NCBI GenBank assembly: GCA_041180525.1
Contig: JBEGRI010000001.1
Span: 1 to 60,118, forward strand
Reading direction: 5' to 3'
From: Actinomycetota bacterium
GTDB lineage: Bacteria > Actinomycetota > Actinomycetes > Actinomycetales > Microbacteriaceae
DNA length: 60,118 nt
In this document: in pieces, positions 38,876-48,588 of the stretch
How positions within the stretch are numbered: position 1 is the stretch's first letter
Layout of the letters: every line of letters begins with the position of its first letter
Program-made: the position numbers and the translations under genes
The notes under the pieces: generated by a model
The model's input: the letters and a program-made list of their open reading frames with translations, nothing else
Databases searched by the model: none
Told to the model about the DNA's origin: nothing

Positions 38876-41725
38876 ATGTCGCAAGCTAACTCAGTAAACC
38901 TCCGCAAGCGTGCCCCTTTTGCAATATCCCTAGGTATCGTCATTGTTTTAGGTTTGATACTTACCAGCGCGTCCGGTGTTTACACTGATGTGCTGTGGTT
39001 CGACCAGCTTGGCTACCTAAGTGTATTTACCACTACCATCTGGGCTCAGGTCTGGATTTTTGTCATTTCGGCTTTGATTTCAGGTCTCTTCTTATGGCTC
39101 AATTTGTTTCTTGCATATCGTTTCAGGCCAACCTACTCAGGTAGGAACGACTTCTTTGGGAGAGATTTAGGAGAGTTTAAGACCTCGCTGGAGAGAACAA
39201 GAAAGCGCATCTTTATTGGAGCTCCAATCATCCTAGGTATTTTTATCGGTGCGACTCAGTCCTCAAGTTGGGACAAAATAATGATGTTCCTAAATCACAG
39301 TTACACCGGAACGCTTGATCCTCAATTCAAACTAGATGTTGGTTTTTATCTTTTCGATTTACCTTTCTATATAGAACTAATTCAAACTTTGATGTTGCTG
39401 ATGGTCTTAGTTTTAATCCCAGCTCTAATCATTCATTTGATTTACGGTGCAATTAAGTTCAATGGTAGAAAGTCAACTTTTAGTAAGCCGGCCAGAATAC
39501 ACATCGCTGTCTTAGCAGCTTTGTTTATGATCAACCTGGCACTAAGCATCTGGATTGGTCAGTATGAAACAATGACTAGTTCTAGTGGTTTATACACGGG
39601 AGCTACCTATTCCGATGTCAATGCGAGCATCCCAGCAGCGCAGATTCTTACTGCGGTCGGATTCTTAGTCGCACTTCTTTATCTCTCAGTAGCGGTAATC
39701 GCAAAATGGCGGTTGGCTGTTTTAGGAACAGCCCTGATGTTGATTTGTTCCATACTGCTTGGTGGAGTTTGGCCAGCTATTGTTCAAACTTTCCAAGTAG
39801 TTCCCAATGAACGAACTTTGGAAGCCGATTACATCGATCGAAACATTCAAGCCACCAAGGCTGCATACGGACTCGACGGTGTTCAAGTGATTGAATACGA
39901 TGCCAAGACAACTGCAACCGCTGACGCTCTGAAAAATGATGCCCAGACAGCCGCCCAAATAAGAATCATCGACCCTAACTTAGTTAGTGCTTCGTTCAAG
40001 CAGCTGGAACAGTATCGTCAGTATTACAACTTCGTCAATCATATGGATGTTGACCGATACACCATTAACGGTAAAACCCAAGACACGGTACTAGCCGTTC
40101 GTGAACTAAACCAATCAGGTTTGGGAAGTTCACAATCCTGGTATAACAATGTCATTGTTTACACTCACGGCTACGGTTTGGTTGCAGCCTACGGTAACCG
40201 GCGTTCAGTTGATGGCCAGCCTGTCTTTTTGCAGTCAGGCATACCTTCAACCGGAGCTCTAGGCAAATATGAATCGAGAATATATTTTGGTGAGAAATCT
40301 CCAGAGTATTCAATAGTTGGCGCACCCAAGGGAGCGGCTAAACGTGAGCTAGATTATCCGGCCAGCGACTCAGCGGGTAATCAGGATCAGCAGACCATGA
40401 CAACTTTCGCTGGAAATGGTGGCCCAAAGCTGGACAGTATCATTAAGCGACTTTCTTATGCTTTGAAGTTCCAATCTGAACAGATCTTGCTGTCTGACGC
40501 CGTTACAGATAGCTCTCAGATTTTGTATGACCGGAACCCACGTGATCGAGTCGCTCAAGTGGCACCATATCTAACTTTGGACAGCGATATTTATCCAGCG
40601 ATAGTGGACTCAAGAGTGGTCTGGATAGTTGATGGTTACACCACCTCGGCTAACTATCCTTATTCGAGAGCCGAGAATCTCTCAGTTACCACCTCAGACT
40701 CATCAACCACGTCACCGCTTGAACGAGGAGATATTAATTACATCCGAAACTCGGTAAAGGCAACAGTTGATGCCTACGATGGTTCGGTAAAACTTTATGC
40801 TTGGGATGCTGAAGATCCAATCTTGAAGACATGGATGAAAATCTATCCAAATACCATCAAGCCAGTTTCAGAAATGTCAGGTGCGTTGCTTTCGCACGTT
40901 AGGTACCCAGCGGATTTATTCAAGATGCAAAGAGGTATCTTAGGTCAGTATCACGTAACTGATGCCGGAGCTTTCTACTCACAGCAGGATGCTTGGATGA
41001 CTCCAAACGACCCGGTTGATCAAGGTGCCGGTACTTCTAGTTTGCAGCCGCCATACTATTTGACCCTGCAAGCACCAACCCAACCGAAACCTTCATTCTC
41101 GATTTACAGCACCTTCATCCCAAGATCAACTGGAGACTCCTCGAGAAACGTCTTGACTGGATATTTGGTTGCTGACTCGGACGCAGGGTCAACTAAAGGC
41201 AAGGTTTCTTCTCACTATGGCAAGCTACGTTTGCTAACCTTACCGAGAACCACGATTGTTCCAGGTCCCGGTCAGGTACAAAACAACTTCAACTCGGATA
41301 GCGAAGTTTCCAAGTTGTTGAACATTCTGCGACAGGGTTCAACCACAGTTCTAAATGGAAACCTGTTGACCTTACCTATCGGTGGCGGTTTGTTATACGT
41401 CCAACCGGTATACATTCAGTCAACCGGTGAGACTTCATTCCCATTGCTCAAAAAGGTTTTGGTTGCTTTCGGCGACAAGATTGCTTTCGAAGACAACTTA
41501 GATGACGCCTTGAATTCACTGTTTGGTGGATCAGGTGGTGGAACAACCCCGATTGATCCAGGTCTAACTAATGCGCAGAAACTAGCTAAAGCTCTTGCCG
41601 ATGCTAAAGCTGCTCTAGTCGAAAAAGACGCAGCTCTGCGGGCAGGAGACTGGAGTGCTTACGGTAAGGCTGATGCCAAGTTGCGCGCTGCTATAGAGGC
41701 CGCTTTGGCAGCTAGTAAAAAGTAA
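38876..41725 (+). CDS. UPF0182 family membrane protein
   Basis: TDVLWF..LGY, DPQF..D.GFY.F.LP, YTHGYG, NYIRNSVKATVDAYDG, HVRYP.DLF, GNLLTLP. Confidence 0.93.
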   Translation: MSQANSVNLRKRAPFAISLGIVIVLGLILTSASGVYTDVLWFDQLGYLSVFTTTIWAQVWIFVISALISGLFLWLNLFLAYRFRPTYSGRNDFFGRDLGEFKTSLERTRKRIFIGAPIILGIFIGATQSSSWDKIMMFLNHSYTGTLDPQFKLDVGFYLFDLPFYIELIQTLMLLMVLVLIPALIIHLIYGAIKFNGRKSTFSKPARIHIAVLAALFMINLALSIWIGQYETMTSSSGLYTGATYSDVNASIPAAQILTAVGFLVALLYLSVAVIAKWRLAVLGTALMLICSILLGGVWPAIVQTFQVVPNERTLEADYIDRNIQATKAAYGLDGVQVIEYDAKTTATADALKNDAQTAAQIRIIDPNLVSASFKQLEQYRQYYNFVNHMDVDRYTINGKTQDTVLAVRELNQSGLGSSQSWYNNVIVYTHGYGLVAAYGNRRSVDGQPVFLQSGIPSTGALGKYESRIYFGEKSPEYSIVGAPKGAAKRELDYPASDSAGNQDQQTMTTFAGNGGPKLDSIIKRLSYALKFQSEQILLSDAVTDSSQILYDRNPRDRVAQVAPYLTLDSDIYPAIVDSRVVWIVDGYTTSANYPYSRAENLSVTTSDSSTTSPLERGDINYIRNSVKATVDAYDGSVKLYAWDAEDPILKTWMKIYPNTIKPVSEMSGALLSHVRYPADLFKMQRGILGQYHVTDAGAFYSQQDAWMTPNDPVDQGAGTSSLQPPYYLTLQAPTQPKPSFSIYSTFIPRSTGDSSRNVLTGYLVADSDAGSTKGKVSSHYGKLRLLTLPRTTIVPGPGQVQNNFNSDSEVSKLLNILRQGSTTVLNGNLLTLPIGGGLLYVQPVYIQSTGETSFPLLKKVLVAFGDKIAFEDNLDDALNSLFGGSGGGTTPIDPGLTNAQKLAKALADAKAALVEKDAALRAGDWSAYGKADAKLRAAIEAALAASKK

Positions 41726-41753
41726 TCACTTTTCTGTTAGACTGTAGGTTCGC

Positions 41754-41830
41754 CGCGGGGTGGAGCAGTTCGGTAGCTCGCCGGGCTCATAACCCGGAGG
41801 TCGTAGGTTCAAATCCTGCCCCCGCAACCA
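41754..41830 (+). tRNA. Initiator tRNA-fMet(CAT), CCA encoded
   Basis: C1:A72 mismatch, GGG/CCC in the anticodon stem (ccggg-ctCATaa-cccgg), ends ACCA. Confidence 0.96.
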
Positions 41831-41831
41831 T

Positions 41832-41868
41832 AAATAAGCCTTGAAATTAATCAAGGCTTATTTTCTTT
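41832..41868 (+). terminator. Intrinsic terminator after tRNA-fMet
   Basis: aaataagccttga-aattaa-tcaaggcttattt followed by a T-rich tail. Confidence 0.8.
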
Positions 41869-41922
41869 AACAGGCTGTGTGTAATTCGAGCAGCTTAGTT
41901 TTATAAGTTTTAGCATCTGGTC

Positions 41923-42705
41923 ATGCTGTTCTTAGCTGCTGCGCTGATTGGGGGAGCCGCCTGGCTCAACGAGCCTTGCCCACAATCTTTTAGTATTGCC
42001 AACACTACTGTCAGTGCGATTAGCCAATCTCAGCAGCTTTCGCTATGTGTTGCTAAAGCAGTCTTAGTTAAATCTTTAGATGGTTCTTTGAATTTAGTGT
42101 TGAACTCTAGTAACGCCAAACCATCCTGCTTGGTATACCCTAATGGACTTTCCATGGACCAGAGCTATAACTTGCTTGCTTCTGGTCATGTTGGTTGTTG
42201 GTCGCTTTACCCACCTAGTCAGCCGATAACCATCGTCAACCTCGCTAGCTCTAGTGTTAGCAAAGTTAACTCCGAGATCAAACGGTTTAGGCCAACTGTT
42301 CCAGTAATTCTTTATCAGCCGGTTAGAGAACTCAAGGTTGGTGACTATGTTTCATTTAGATCTTCAGCGAAATTAGAGAACCAAAGATGTCGCATGCTAA
42401 ACCTTGATTGTCAGGTTCGTTTCACTCCAATATCACATAGCTGGCAAATCGGTAATACGGCAACCAAACTGCTGGAACCCAAATACCAACTAAACAGCCC
42501 TGGTTCACTGGTAGTTACCCTCAACACAACTTTCAAAATCGAGTATTACTTTCCTTCGCTAACTCCCTGGCGAAGAACTTACCCAAATATCGTGATTTCT
42601 TCTGTTCCTGTTCAATTGAGCGTTGGGGCTATTGCTCCGCCAAATAAGCGCTCACCTAGGTTGGTCGATGAGCCCTGTCTAAGCCAACTAGATTGGGGTT
42701 GCTGA
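41923..42705 (+). CDS. Hypothetical exported Cys-containing protein, possibly with a PKD/Ig-like C-terminus
   Basis: Short hydrophobic N-terminus; several Cys; VRFTP..SW.IG..Y...G...V.L beta pattern; ends in C..WGC. Confidence 0.55.
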   Translation: MLFLAAALIGGAAWLNEPCPQSFSIANTTVSAISQSQQLSLCVAKAVLVKSLDGSLNLVLNSSNAKPSCLVYPNGLSMDQSYNLLASGHVGCWSLYPPSQPITIVNLASSSVSKVNSEIKRFRPTVPVILYQPVRELKVGDYVSFRSSAKLENQRCRMLNLDCQVRFTPISHSWQIGNTATKLLEPKYQLNSPGSLVVTLNTTFKIEYYFPSLTPWRRTYPNIVISSVPVQLSVGAIAPPNKRSPRLVDEPCLSQLDWGC

Positions 42706-42706
42706 T

Positions 42707-42746
42707 TTTTCAGAAAACTCCCAGATGATTTTCATAAACTTATGAA
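42707..42746 (+). promoter_or_regulatory. Putative response-regulator binding repeats and palindrome upstream of htrA
   Basis: ttttcag / ctcccag / ttttcat at an 11-bp period; ttcataa-ac-ttatgaa inverted repeat. Confidence 0.4.
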
Positions 42747-42789
42747 GTTGAATAAATAGTTTTTATGCAACAGGACAAATCAGGAGTCT

Positions 42790-44016
42790 ATGAAGATGTC
42801 AGAAGACAAAAAGCACTACAACAGCCAATTTTTAGCTCAACCGGTAAAAATCGTACAGCCGGTTACCCAAGCAACTGTAGAAAGAAAGCAACCTTCAACA
42901 GTCGCATTAATTTTCTTAGCGATATTAGGTCCGCTGATTGGAACTGTTGTTGGCGCATATGCAGTGAACGGAACACTACCGTTCACCGGTTCTTCGACAC
43001 AAGTAATAGTAAATAACTCCCAGAATGTGAACTGGGTCACTGCAGCTGCAGCTAAAGCGCTACCGTCAGTTGTCACGCTATCTGTTTCAGGAACAAATGA
43101 TGCTGGAACCGGTTCTGGGGTTGTGTTAAATAATGATGGATACATTCTCACCAATGCTCACGTGGTTACCTTAGATGGCGCTACCAGCAATGCGGTAATC
43201 GAAGTTAAAACAAGCAATGGCAAGATCTATCAAGCTTCAGTGATTGGCACAGATCCAACAAATGATTTGGCTGTAGTGAAAGTTGCTGGTTCAGGCTTAA
43301 CCCCAATCGAATTTGCAGATAGCTCTAGCATCAATGTTGGCGACTACGCTGTGGCTATCGGAGCACCTCTGGGATATGACGCGACCGTAACCCAAGGAGT
43401 TGTTTCAGCTATGCACCGAACAATCCAAGTTGCCTCAGCTGCTGTTCCTAAAGATGATGGTTCATCTTTGGAACTGTGGAATGGAACTAATTCCCAGCCA
43501 CCAGTGAATCTTGATGTCATTCAAACTGATGCAGCCATCAACCCTGGTAACTCAGGTGGTGCTTTGATTAACGACAAAGGACAGCTAATTGGAATCAACG
43601 TAGCTATCGCGACGGCTAGTTCAACTACCAGTCAATCTGGAAGCATCGGAGTTGGTTTTGCTATTCCGTCTAATACCGCCAAGCGCGTATCCGATCAGCT
43701 AATCAAAACCGGTAAGGTTACCCACGGTTTACTTGGTGCTTTTGTATCAGATGCTAAAAACTCAGATGCTTCTGCTTCATTTAGTGTTGGTGCGACAGTG
43801 GAAAAGCTAACCCCCGGCGGAGCAGCTGAGAAGGCTGGCATAAAGGTTGGTGATGTGATTATCTCCTGTGACGGTGTGAGCATCGATGGTGCATCCAAAC
43901 TAACCGCAGCAATTAGATCTAAGGCTGCCTATAGCAAAGTCACCCTAGAGTTGCTTAGAAACGGTAAGAGCATTACTGTTCAAGCCACCTTAGGTGATGC
44001 CGACAAGGCAAATTAG
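42790..44016 (+). CDS. HtrA/DegP-family (S1C) membrane-anchored serine protease with PDZ
   Basis: TM helix; triad TNAHVV / DLAVVK / GNSGG; one PDZ domain; AGGAG SD. Confidence 0.94.
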   Translation: MKMSEDKKHYNSQFLAQPVKIVQPVTQATVERKQPSTVALIFLAILGPLIGTVVGAYAVNGTLPFTGSSTQVIVNNSQNVNWVTAAAAKALPSVVTLSVSGTNDAGTGSGVVLNNDGYILTNAHVVTLDGATSNAVIEVKTSNGKIYQASVIGTDPTNDLAVVKVAGSGLTPIEFADSSSINVGDYAVAIGAPLGYDATVTQGVVSAMHRTIQVASAAVPKDDGSSLELWNGTNSQPPVNLDVIQTDAAINPGNSGGALINDKGQLIGINVAIATASSTTSQSGSIGVGFAIPSNTAKRVSDQLIKTGKVTHGLLGAFVSDAKNSDASASFSVGATVEKLTPGGAAEKAGIKVGDVIISCDGVSIDGASKLTAAIRSKAAYSKVTLELLRNGKSITVQATLGDADKAN

Positions 44017-44052
44017 TTGGTTGACCACGATTTTCGTGGCAAACTTGAACCT

Positions 44053-45441
44053 ATGTCTATTGCTCCAAGCGTCCAGTATTCAATCACGATTCGGCTAGAG
44101 GCTCCGGCCAAACCAACGGCGGTTAGCGAATTGACCGCAATCATTGAAAAATTAGGTGGTCTAGTTACCGCGGTTGATGTTAATCATTCTGACTCTGAAC
44201 GCGTTAGGGTCGACTTGACTTGCGCAACTAGAAACTCTGAGCACGCAAAAGAAATCGTTGAGAGCTTAAAGCAACGCGAGGGAGTAGTGGTCGGGAAAGT
44301 TTCAGATAGAACTTTCCTAGCTCATCTAGGCGGCAAACTTACCATTGAGTCAAAATTACCGATTCGTAATCGTGATGATCTTTCTCTAATTTATACGCCA
44401 GGCGTGGCCAGAATCTGTGAAGCGATTGCTCAAGATCCTCAGGATGCTAGAAGGCTCACCATCAAAAGAAACACCATAGCCGTAGTAACCGATGGTTCTG
44501 CGGTACTTGGTTTAGGCAACATTGGTCCGCTAGCAGCGTTACCTGTGATGGAAGGTAAAGCGGCCTTGTTCAAGCGATTTGCCAACATCGATGCTTTCCC
44601 TATCTGCTTAGACACTCAAGACACCGACGAGATAGTTCGTAGCGTTAAGGCCATTGCTCCAGTTTTTGCTGGAATCAATCTGGAGGATATTTCAGCGCCT
44701 CGTTGTTTCGAAATCGAAGAAAGACTGCGAGCAGAGCTTGACATTCCTGTTTTCCATGATGATCAGCATGGCACTGCCATAGTCTGTCTAGCTGCTCTAA
44801 CCAACGCTCTAAAAGTTGTTGGTAAAAAGATCGATGAAGTTGAGCTCGTGCTCAGTGGAGCAGGGGCTGCTGGAACCGCTGTTTTGAAATTACTTTTTGC
44901 GGCTGGTCTAAAGCACGCCATTCTCGCCGATCAAAAAGGCATAATCGTTGAAGGTCGGGCAGATATTCAGCCTGGCACAAACCTCGAGTGGCTCTCCAAA
45001 AATACCAATCAGGAGAAACTTCAAGGAACTTTGAAGCAGGCGCTAGTTGGCGCAGATGTGTTTATTGGAGTTTCAGCAGGTAACATTCTGGAAGCTAAGG
45101 ACATCGCAGCCATGAATGACGGAGCGATTGTTTTTGCTCTAGCCAACCCAATCCCAGAAATAGATCCAGCTGAAGCTGCCAAGTTTGCCTCTGTTGTTGC
45201 AACTGGTAGAAGCGACTTCCCCAATCAAATCAACAACGTTTTGGCTTTCCCAGGTTTCTTCCGCGGATTATTGGATGCGGGGGCTACCGAGATAACTGAA
45301 GGCAGATTGCTAGCCGCTAGCAAAGCTTTAGCTAAGTGTGTTGATAAAGAAGAACTCAACGCTTCATACATCATTCCTTCGGTTTTCCATCCGGATGTTG
45401 CTCAAAGAGTAGCGGATGCAGTTAGAACAGCTAAGGACTAA
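44053..45441 (+). CDS. NAD(P)-dependent malic enzyme with N-terminal ACT domain
   Basis: [50 protein letters not shown]; start set at ATG 44053. Confidence 0.93.
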   Translation: MSIAPSVQYSITIRLEAPAKPTAVSELTAIIEKLGGLVTAVDVNHSDSERVRVDLTCATRNSEHAKEIVESLKQREGVVVGKVSDRTFLAHLGGKLTIESKLPIRNRDDLSLIYTPGVARICEAIAQDPQDARRLTIKRNTIAVVTDGSAVLGLGNIGPLAALPVMEGKAALFKRFANIDAFPICLDTQDTDEIVRSVKAIAPVFAGINLEDISAPRCFEIEERLRAELDIPVFHDDQHGTAIVCLAALTNALKVVGKKIDEVELVLSGAGAAGTAVLKLLFAAGLKHAILADQKGIIVEGRADIQPGTNLEWLSKNTNQEKLQGTLKQALVGADVFIGVSAGNILEAKDIAAMNDGAIVFALANPIPEIDPAEAAKFASVVATGRSDFPNQINNVLAFPGFFRGLLDAGATEITEGRLLAASKALAKCVDKEELNASYIIPSVFHPDVAQRVADAVRTAKD

Positions 45442-45444
45442 CAG

Positions 45445-45693
45445 TTGTCTCAAGATTCATTGCCAAAGACGCTCACCAACCCCGTTACTCTTCCAGTTGA
45501 GCCTGGCGATCATGAAAGATATGCACATTACGTTCGTAAAGACAAAGTAGTGGAATCAGCGGTGATGGGAACTCCAGTGGTTGCTTTATGCGGCAAAGTT
45601 TGGGTGCCTAGTCGTGATCCAGAGAAGTTCCCGGTTTGCCCTGAATGTAAAGAGATTTTTGAGCTAATGAAGCGTAATGAAGGTAGCGAATAG
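45445..45693 (+). CDS. DUF3039 family protein
   Basis: GDHER.AHYV, ALCGKVW.P.RDP..PVCPECK. Confidence 0.9.
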   Translation: MSQDSLPKTLTNPVTLPVEPGDHERYAHYVRKDKVVESAVMGTPVVALCGKVWVPSRDPEKFPVCPECKEIFELMKRNEGSE

Positions 45694-45702
45694 ACTTATC
45701 TG

Positions 45703-46506
45703 GTGAATAACGCTCCAATAGGTATCTTTGATTCAGGTGTTGGTGGGCTCACTGTTGCCAGAGCAATTATCGATCAGCTGCCTAATGAATCAATTATTTA
45801 TTTTGGGGACACCGCTAATACCCCTTATGGTCCAAAAGCTCTCAGTGATGTTCGCAATTTAGCCATTGCAGTTATGGATCGGCTAGTTGATGAAGGGGTA
45901 AAGGTTTTAGTTATCGCCTGCAATACTGCTTCAGCCGCTGTATTGCGTGATGCCCGGGAACGATACACCGAGGGCAGAGGCATCCCAGTTGTTGAGGTGA
46001 TTCAACCGGCTGTTCGTCGCGCAGTTGCTGCAACTCGAAATAAAAAGGTTGGAGTTATCGGCACGCTGGCAACCGTGAACTCCAAGGCCTACGATGATGC
46101 CTTTGCTGCTGCAGTTGATGTTGAGTTGGTAAGCGTGGCTTGCCCTGAGTTCGTTGATTACGTTGAACGTGGCATAACTTCAGGAGATCAACTTATTTCG
46201 CTGGCAGAAACCTACCTAGAACCAGTGAAGGCTAAAGATGTTGATACCTTGGTGCTCGGCTGCACCCATTACCCGCTGCTAACAGGGGCACTTAGCTTTG
46301 TTATGGGCGATCAGGTTACCTTGGTTTCATCAGCTGAAGAAACCGCTAAAGACGTATATCGAACACTGCTTGCACATAACCTGCTTAGAACTGAGACTAG
46401 TAAACCTAGTTTGAGATTTCAGGCAACTGGGGATGCAGATTCGTTTGCTAACTTAGCTAGAAGATTTTTAGGTCCAGAAGTTCAAAGCGTAGAAAAGATT
46501 AAATAA
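45703..46506 (+). CDS. murI: Glutamate racemase
   Basis: FDSGVGG, PYG, ACNTAS, LGCTHY. Confidence 0.97.
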   Translation: MNNAPIGIFDSGVGGLTVARAIIDQLPNESIIYFGDTANTPYGPKALSDVRNLAIAVMDRLVDEGVKVLVIACNTASAAVLRDARERYTEGRGIPVVEVIQPAVRRAVAATRNKKVGVIGTLATVNSKAYDDAFAAAVDVELVSVACPEFVDYVERGITSGDQLISLAETYLEPVKAKDVDTLVLGCTHYPLLTGALSFVMGDQVTLVSSAEETAKDVYRTLLAHNLLRTETSKPSLRFQATGDADSFANLARRFLGPEVQSVEKIK

Positions 46507-47228
46507 TGAGAGTTGACGGAAGAGAAAACAATCAGTTACGTCAAGTAACTATTGAACGTAATTGGTCGGAGCATGCCGAGGGTTCGGCGCTGGTTTCCTT
46601 TGGCCTAACCAAAGTTCTTTGCACCGCTACCTTTACAGCCTCAGTGCCGAGATGGAAAGTGGGCAAGGGTGAAGGCTGGGTAACAGCTGAGTACGCAATG
46701 CTTCCAAGATCTACTCATGAGCGAAATGATCGTGAATCAGTAAAAGGAAAGATTGGTGGTCGAACCCACGAGATTTCGAGACTGATTGGCAGAGCCCTTC
46801 GAGCAGCAGTTGATTTCAAAGCGCTAGGCGAGAACACCATCGTTATTGACTGTGACGTTTTACAAGCCGATGGGGGAACTAGAACTGCAGCTATCACCGG
46901 AGCATATGTTGCTCTGGTTGATGCTGTTCGCTTCGGGGTTGAGAAAGGATTTATTCCTGCCAGTAACAAAGTAATTATTGATTCAGTTTCAGCCATATCT
47001 GTTGGCATCATTGATGGCGAACCAATGCTGGATCTTGCCTATACGGAAGATGTTAGAGCGGAAACCGACATGAATGTTGTTGTCACTGGCTCAGGAGATT
47101 TTATTGAGGTTCAAGGAACTGCTGAAGGGGTTTCTTTCTCTAGAGCAGAACTGAACCAACTGCTGGATTTAGCATTACTTGGAACCACCGAACTGGCTGA
47201 AATTCAAAAGAAGGCCCTGGCTTCCTAA
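46506..47228 (+). CDS. rph: Ribonuclease PH
   Basis: [43 protein letters not shown]. Confidence 0.97.
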   Translation: MRVDGRENNQLRQVTIERNWSEHAEGSALVSFGLTKVLCTATFTASVPRWKVGKGEGWVTAEYAMLPRSTHERNDRESVKGKIGGRTHEISRLIGRALRAAVDFKALGENTIVIDCDVLQADGGTRTAAITGAYVALVDAVRFGVEKGFIPASNKVIIDSVSAISVGIIDGEPMLDLAYTEDVRAETDMNVVVTGSGDFIEVQGTAEGVSFSRAELNQLLDLALLGTTELAEIQKKALAS

Positions 47229-47229
47229 A

Positions 47230-47805
47230 GTGAAATTAGTTCTAGCCACACACAACCAAGGAAAAGTTCAAGAGCTTAGAGCAATTCTTTCACCTTTAGG
47301 TTTTGACTTGATCGGCTACGACGGTCCGGAACCGATTGAAGATGGCGTGACTTTTCTAGAAAACGCACTTATTAAAGCTAGAGCTGCGCATAAACACACT
47401 GGGCTACCAGCACTAGCAGATGATTCAGGCTTGCAAGTTGAAATCTTAGGTGGTTCGCCAGGCATCTTCACTGCTGTTTGGTCTGGCACTAAAGACAATA
47501 TTGCGAACCGAAGATTGTTACTGGCACAACTAAAAGACATCCCTAAGACTCACCGTCAGGCCATGTTTGTTTGCACTATTGCACTTGTTACGGCTAACGA
47601 TGAGATTAGTTTTACTGGGACCTGGCCAGGCAGCATTGCCTTTGAAGAGCGCGGTGAGCATGGGCATGGCTATGATCCAGTCTTTATTCCTGAAGGATTT
47701 GAACTTACCGCTGCTGAGCTTGAACCTGACATTAAGAACGCGCTGAGTCACCGAGCCAATGCGCTTAGTGCTTTGATTGAATATTTAAGATCTAGCGACG
47801 TTTAG
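47230..47805 (+). CDS. rdgB: Non-canonical purine NTP pyrophosphatase (RdgB/HAM1)
   Basis: ATHNQGK, ENALIKA, ADDSG, GYDPVF, SHR; start re-assigned to GTG 47230. Confidence 0.94.
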   Translation: MKLVLATHNQGKVQELRAILSPLGFDLIGYDGPEPIEDGVTFLENALIKARAAHKHTGLPALADDSGLQVEILGGSPGIFTAVWSGTKDNIANRRLLLAQLKDIPKTHRQAMFVCTIALVTANDEISFTGTWPGSIAFEERGEHGHGYDPVFIPEGFELTAAELEPDIKNALSHRANALSALIEYLRSSDV

Positions 47806-48406
47806 CTTTGATAAGTTCCATAATTACTGGGATAAAAGAGAGAACCACTAAGCATAAGGTCACAACAATTACGTGATCTGAGATGAATTCGACATTACCC
47901 AGAAAGTATCCGATGATGGGAATACTGATACCCCAAGAAAATGCGCCGATGATGTTGTTTCGAAGATAGTAACGGTAATTCATCTTTCCAACTCCAGCAG
48001 CGACCGGAATGAAAGTTCGCATGATTGGGACATAGTGAGCAAAAATCACTGCCTTGTTGCCATACTTCTCAAAGAATTTTTGTGCTCGCTCAACATTTTT
48101 GTGACTAAAAAACCTTGATTCTGGTTTGTTGAAAACTTTAGGTCCTGTGCTTTTTCCGATAAAGTAACCAATTTGATCGCCTAGCACAGCTGAAATGGCA
48201 ATACTCAAGCAACAAACCCAAAGCGGTAAGTCAATAACTCCCGAGCCAACCATAAGTCCAACCGTGAAAAGCAGCGAATCACCTGGCAGGAAGAAACCGA
48301 GCAACAGTCCAGTTTCCGCTACGACAATTAGGCAGGCTAAAACAATGGCAAGCGGCCCTAAGCCTGAAAGGAAATCTTCGGGATTCAGTAATACATTTAT
48401 GTCCAC
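47792..48406 (-). CDS. DedA family membrane protein
   Basis: ETGLL.GFFLPGDSLL, GDQIGY.IG, VPIMRTF.P..AG; start re-assigned to GTG 48406 because the longer ORF runs into the tRNA. Confidence 0.9.
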   Translation of the reverse strand: MDINVLLNPEDFLSGLGPLAIVLACLIVVAETGLLLGFFLPGDSLLFTVGLMVGSGVIDLPLWVCCLSIAISAVLGDQIGYFIGKSTGPKVFNKPESRFFSHKNVERAQKFFEKYGNKAVIFAHYVPIMRTFIPVAAGVGKMNYRYYLRNNIIGAFSWGISIPIIGYFLGNVEFISDHVIVVTLCLVVLSFIPVIMELIKAKRR

Positions 48407-48407
48407 G

Positions 48408-48479
48408 TGCCCCCAGCAGGATTTGAACCTGCGCACCCGCCTCCGGAGAGCGGTGCTCTATCCCCTGAGCTATGGGGGC
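48408..48479 (-). tRNA. tRNA-Arg(CCG), CCA not encoded
   Basis: Reverse complement gcccccatagctcaggggatagagcaccgctctCCGgaggcgggtgcgcaggttcaaatcctgctgggggca; divergent from argS. Confidence 0.95.
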
Positions 48480-48588
48480 TTAAGGGTTTATCCCAGACTA
48501 CCAGCGCCACTAAAAACCTTGGTTTTAGGGGCATTGGATAGACTTGGTTCTCAAGCACCACTAAATCTCGGCTACTAAAGGTAAAAGT

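Noticed and set aside
41754-48479. tRNA-bounded genomic island between tRNA-fMet and tRNA-Arg
   Set aside because: The content is mostly housekeeping (htrA, malic enzyme, murI, rph, rdgB); no integrase or duplicated tRNA ends were seen.
48195-48578. 127-aa plus-strand ORF
   Set aside because: Antisense to dedA and tRNA-Arg; a shadow ORF.
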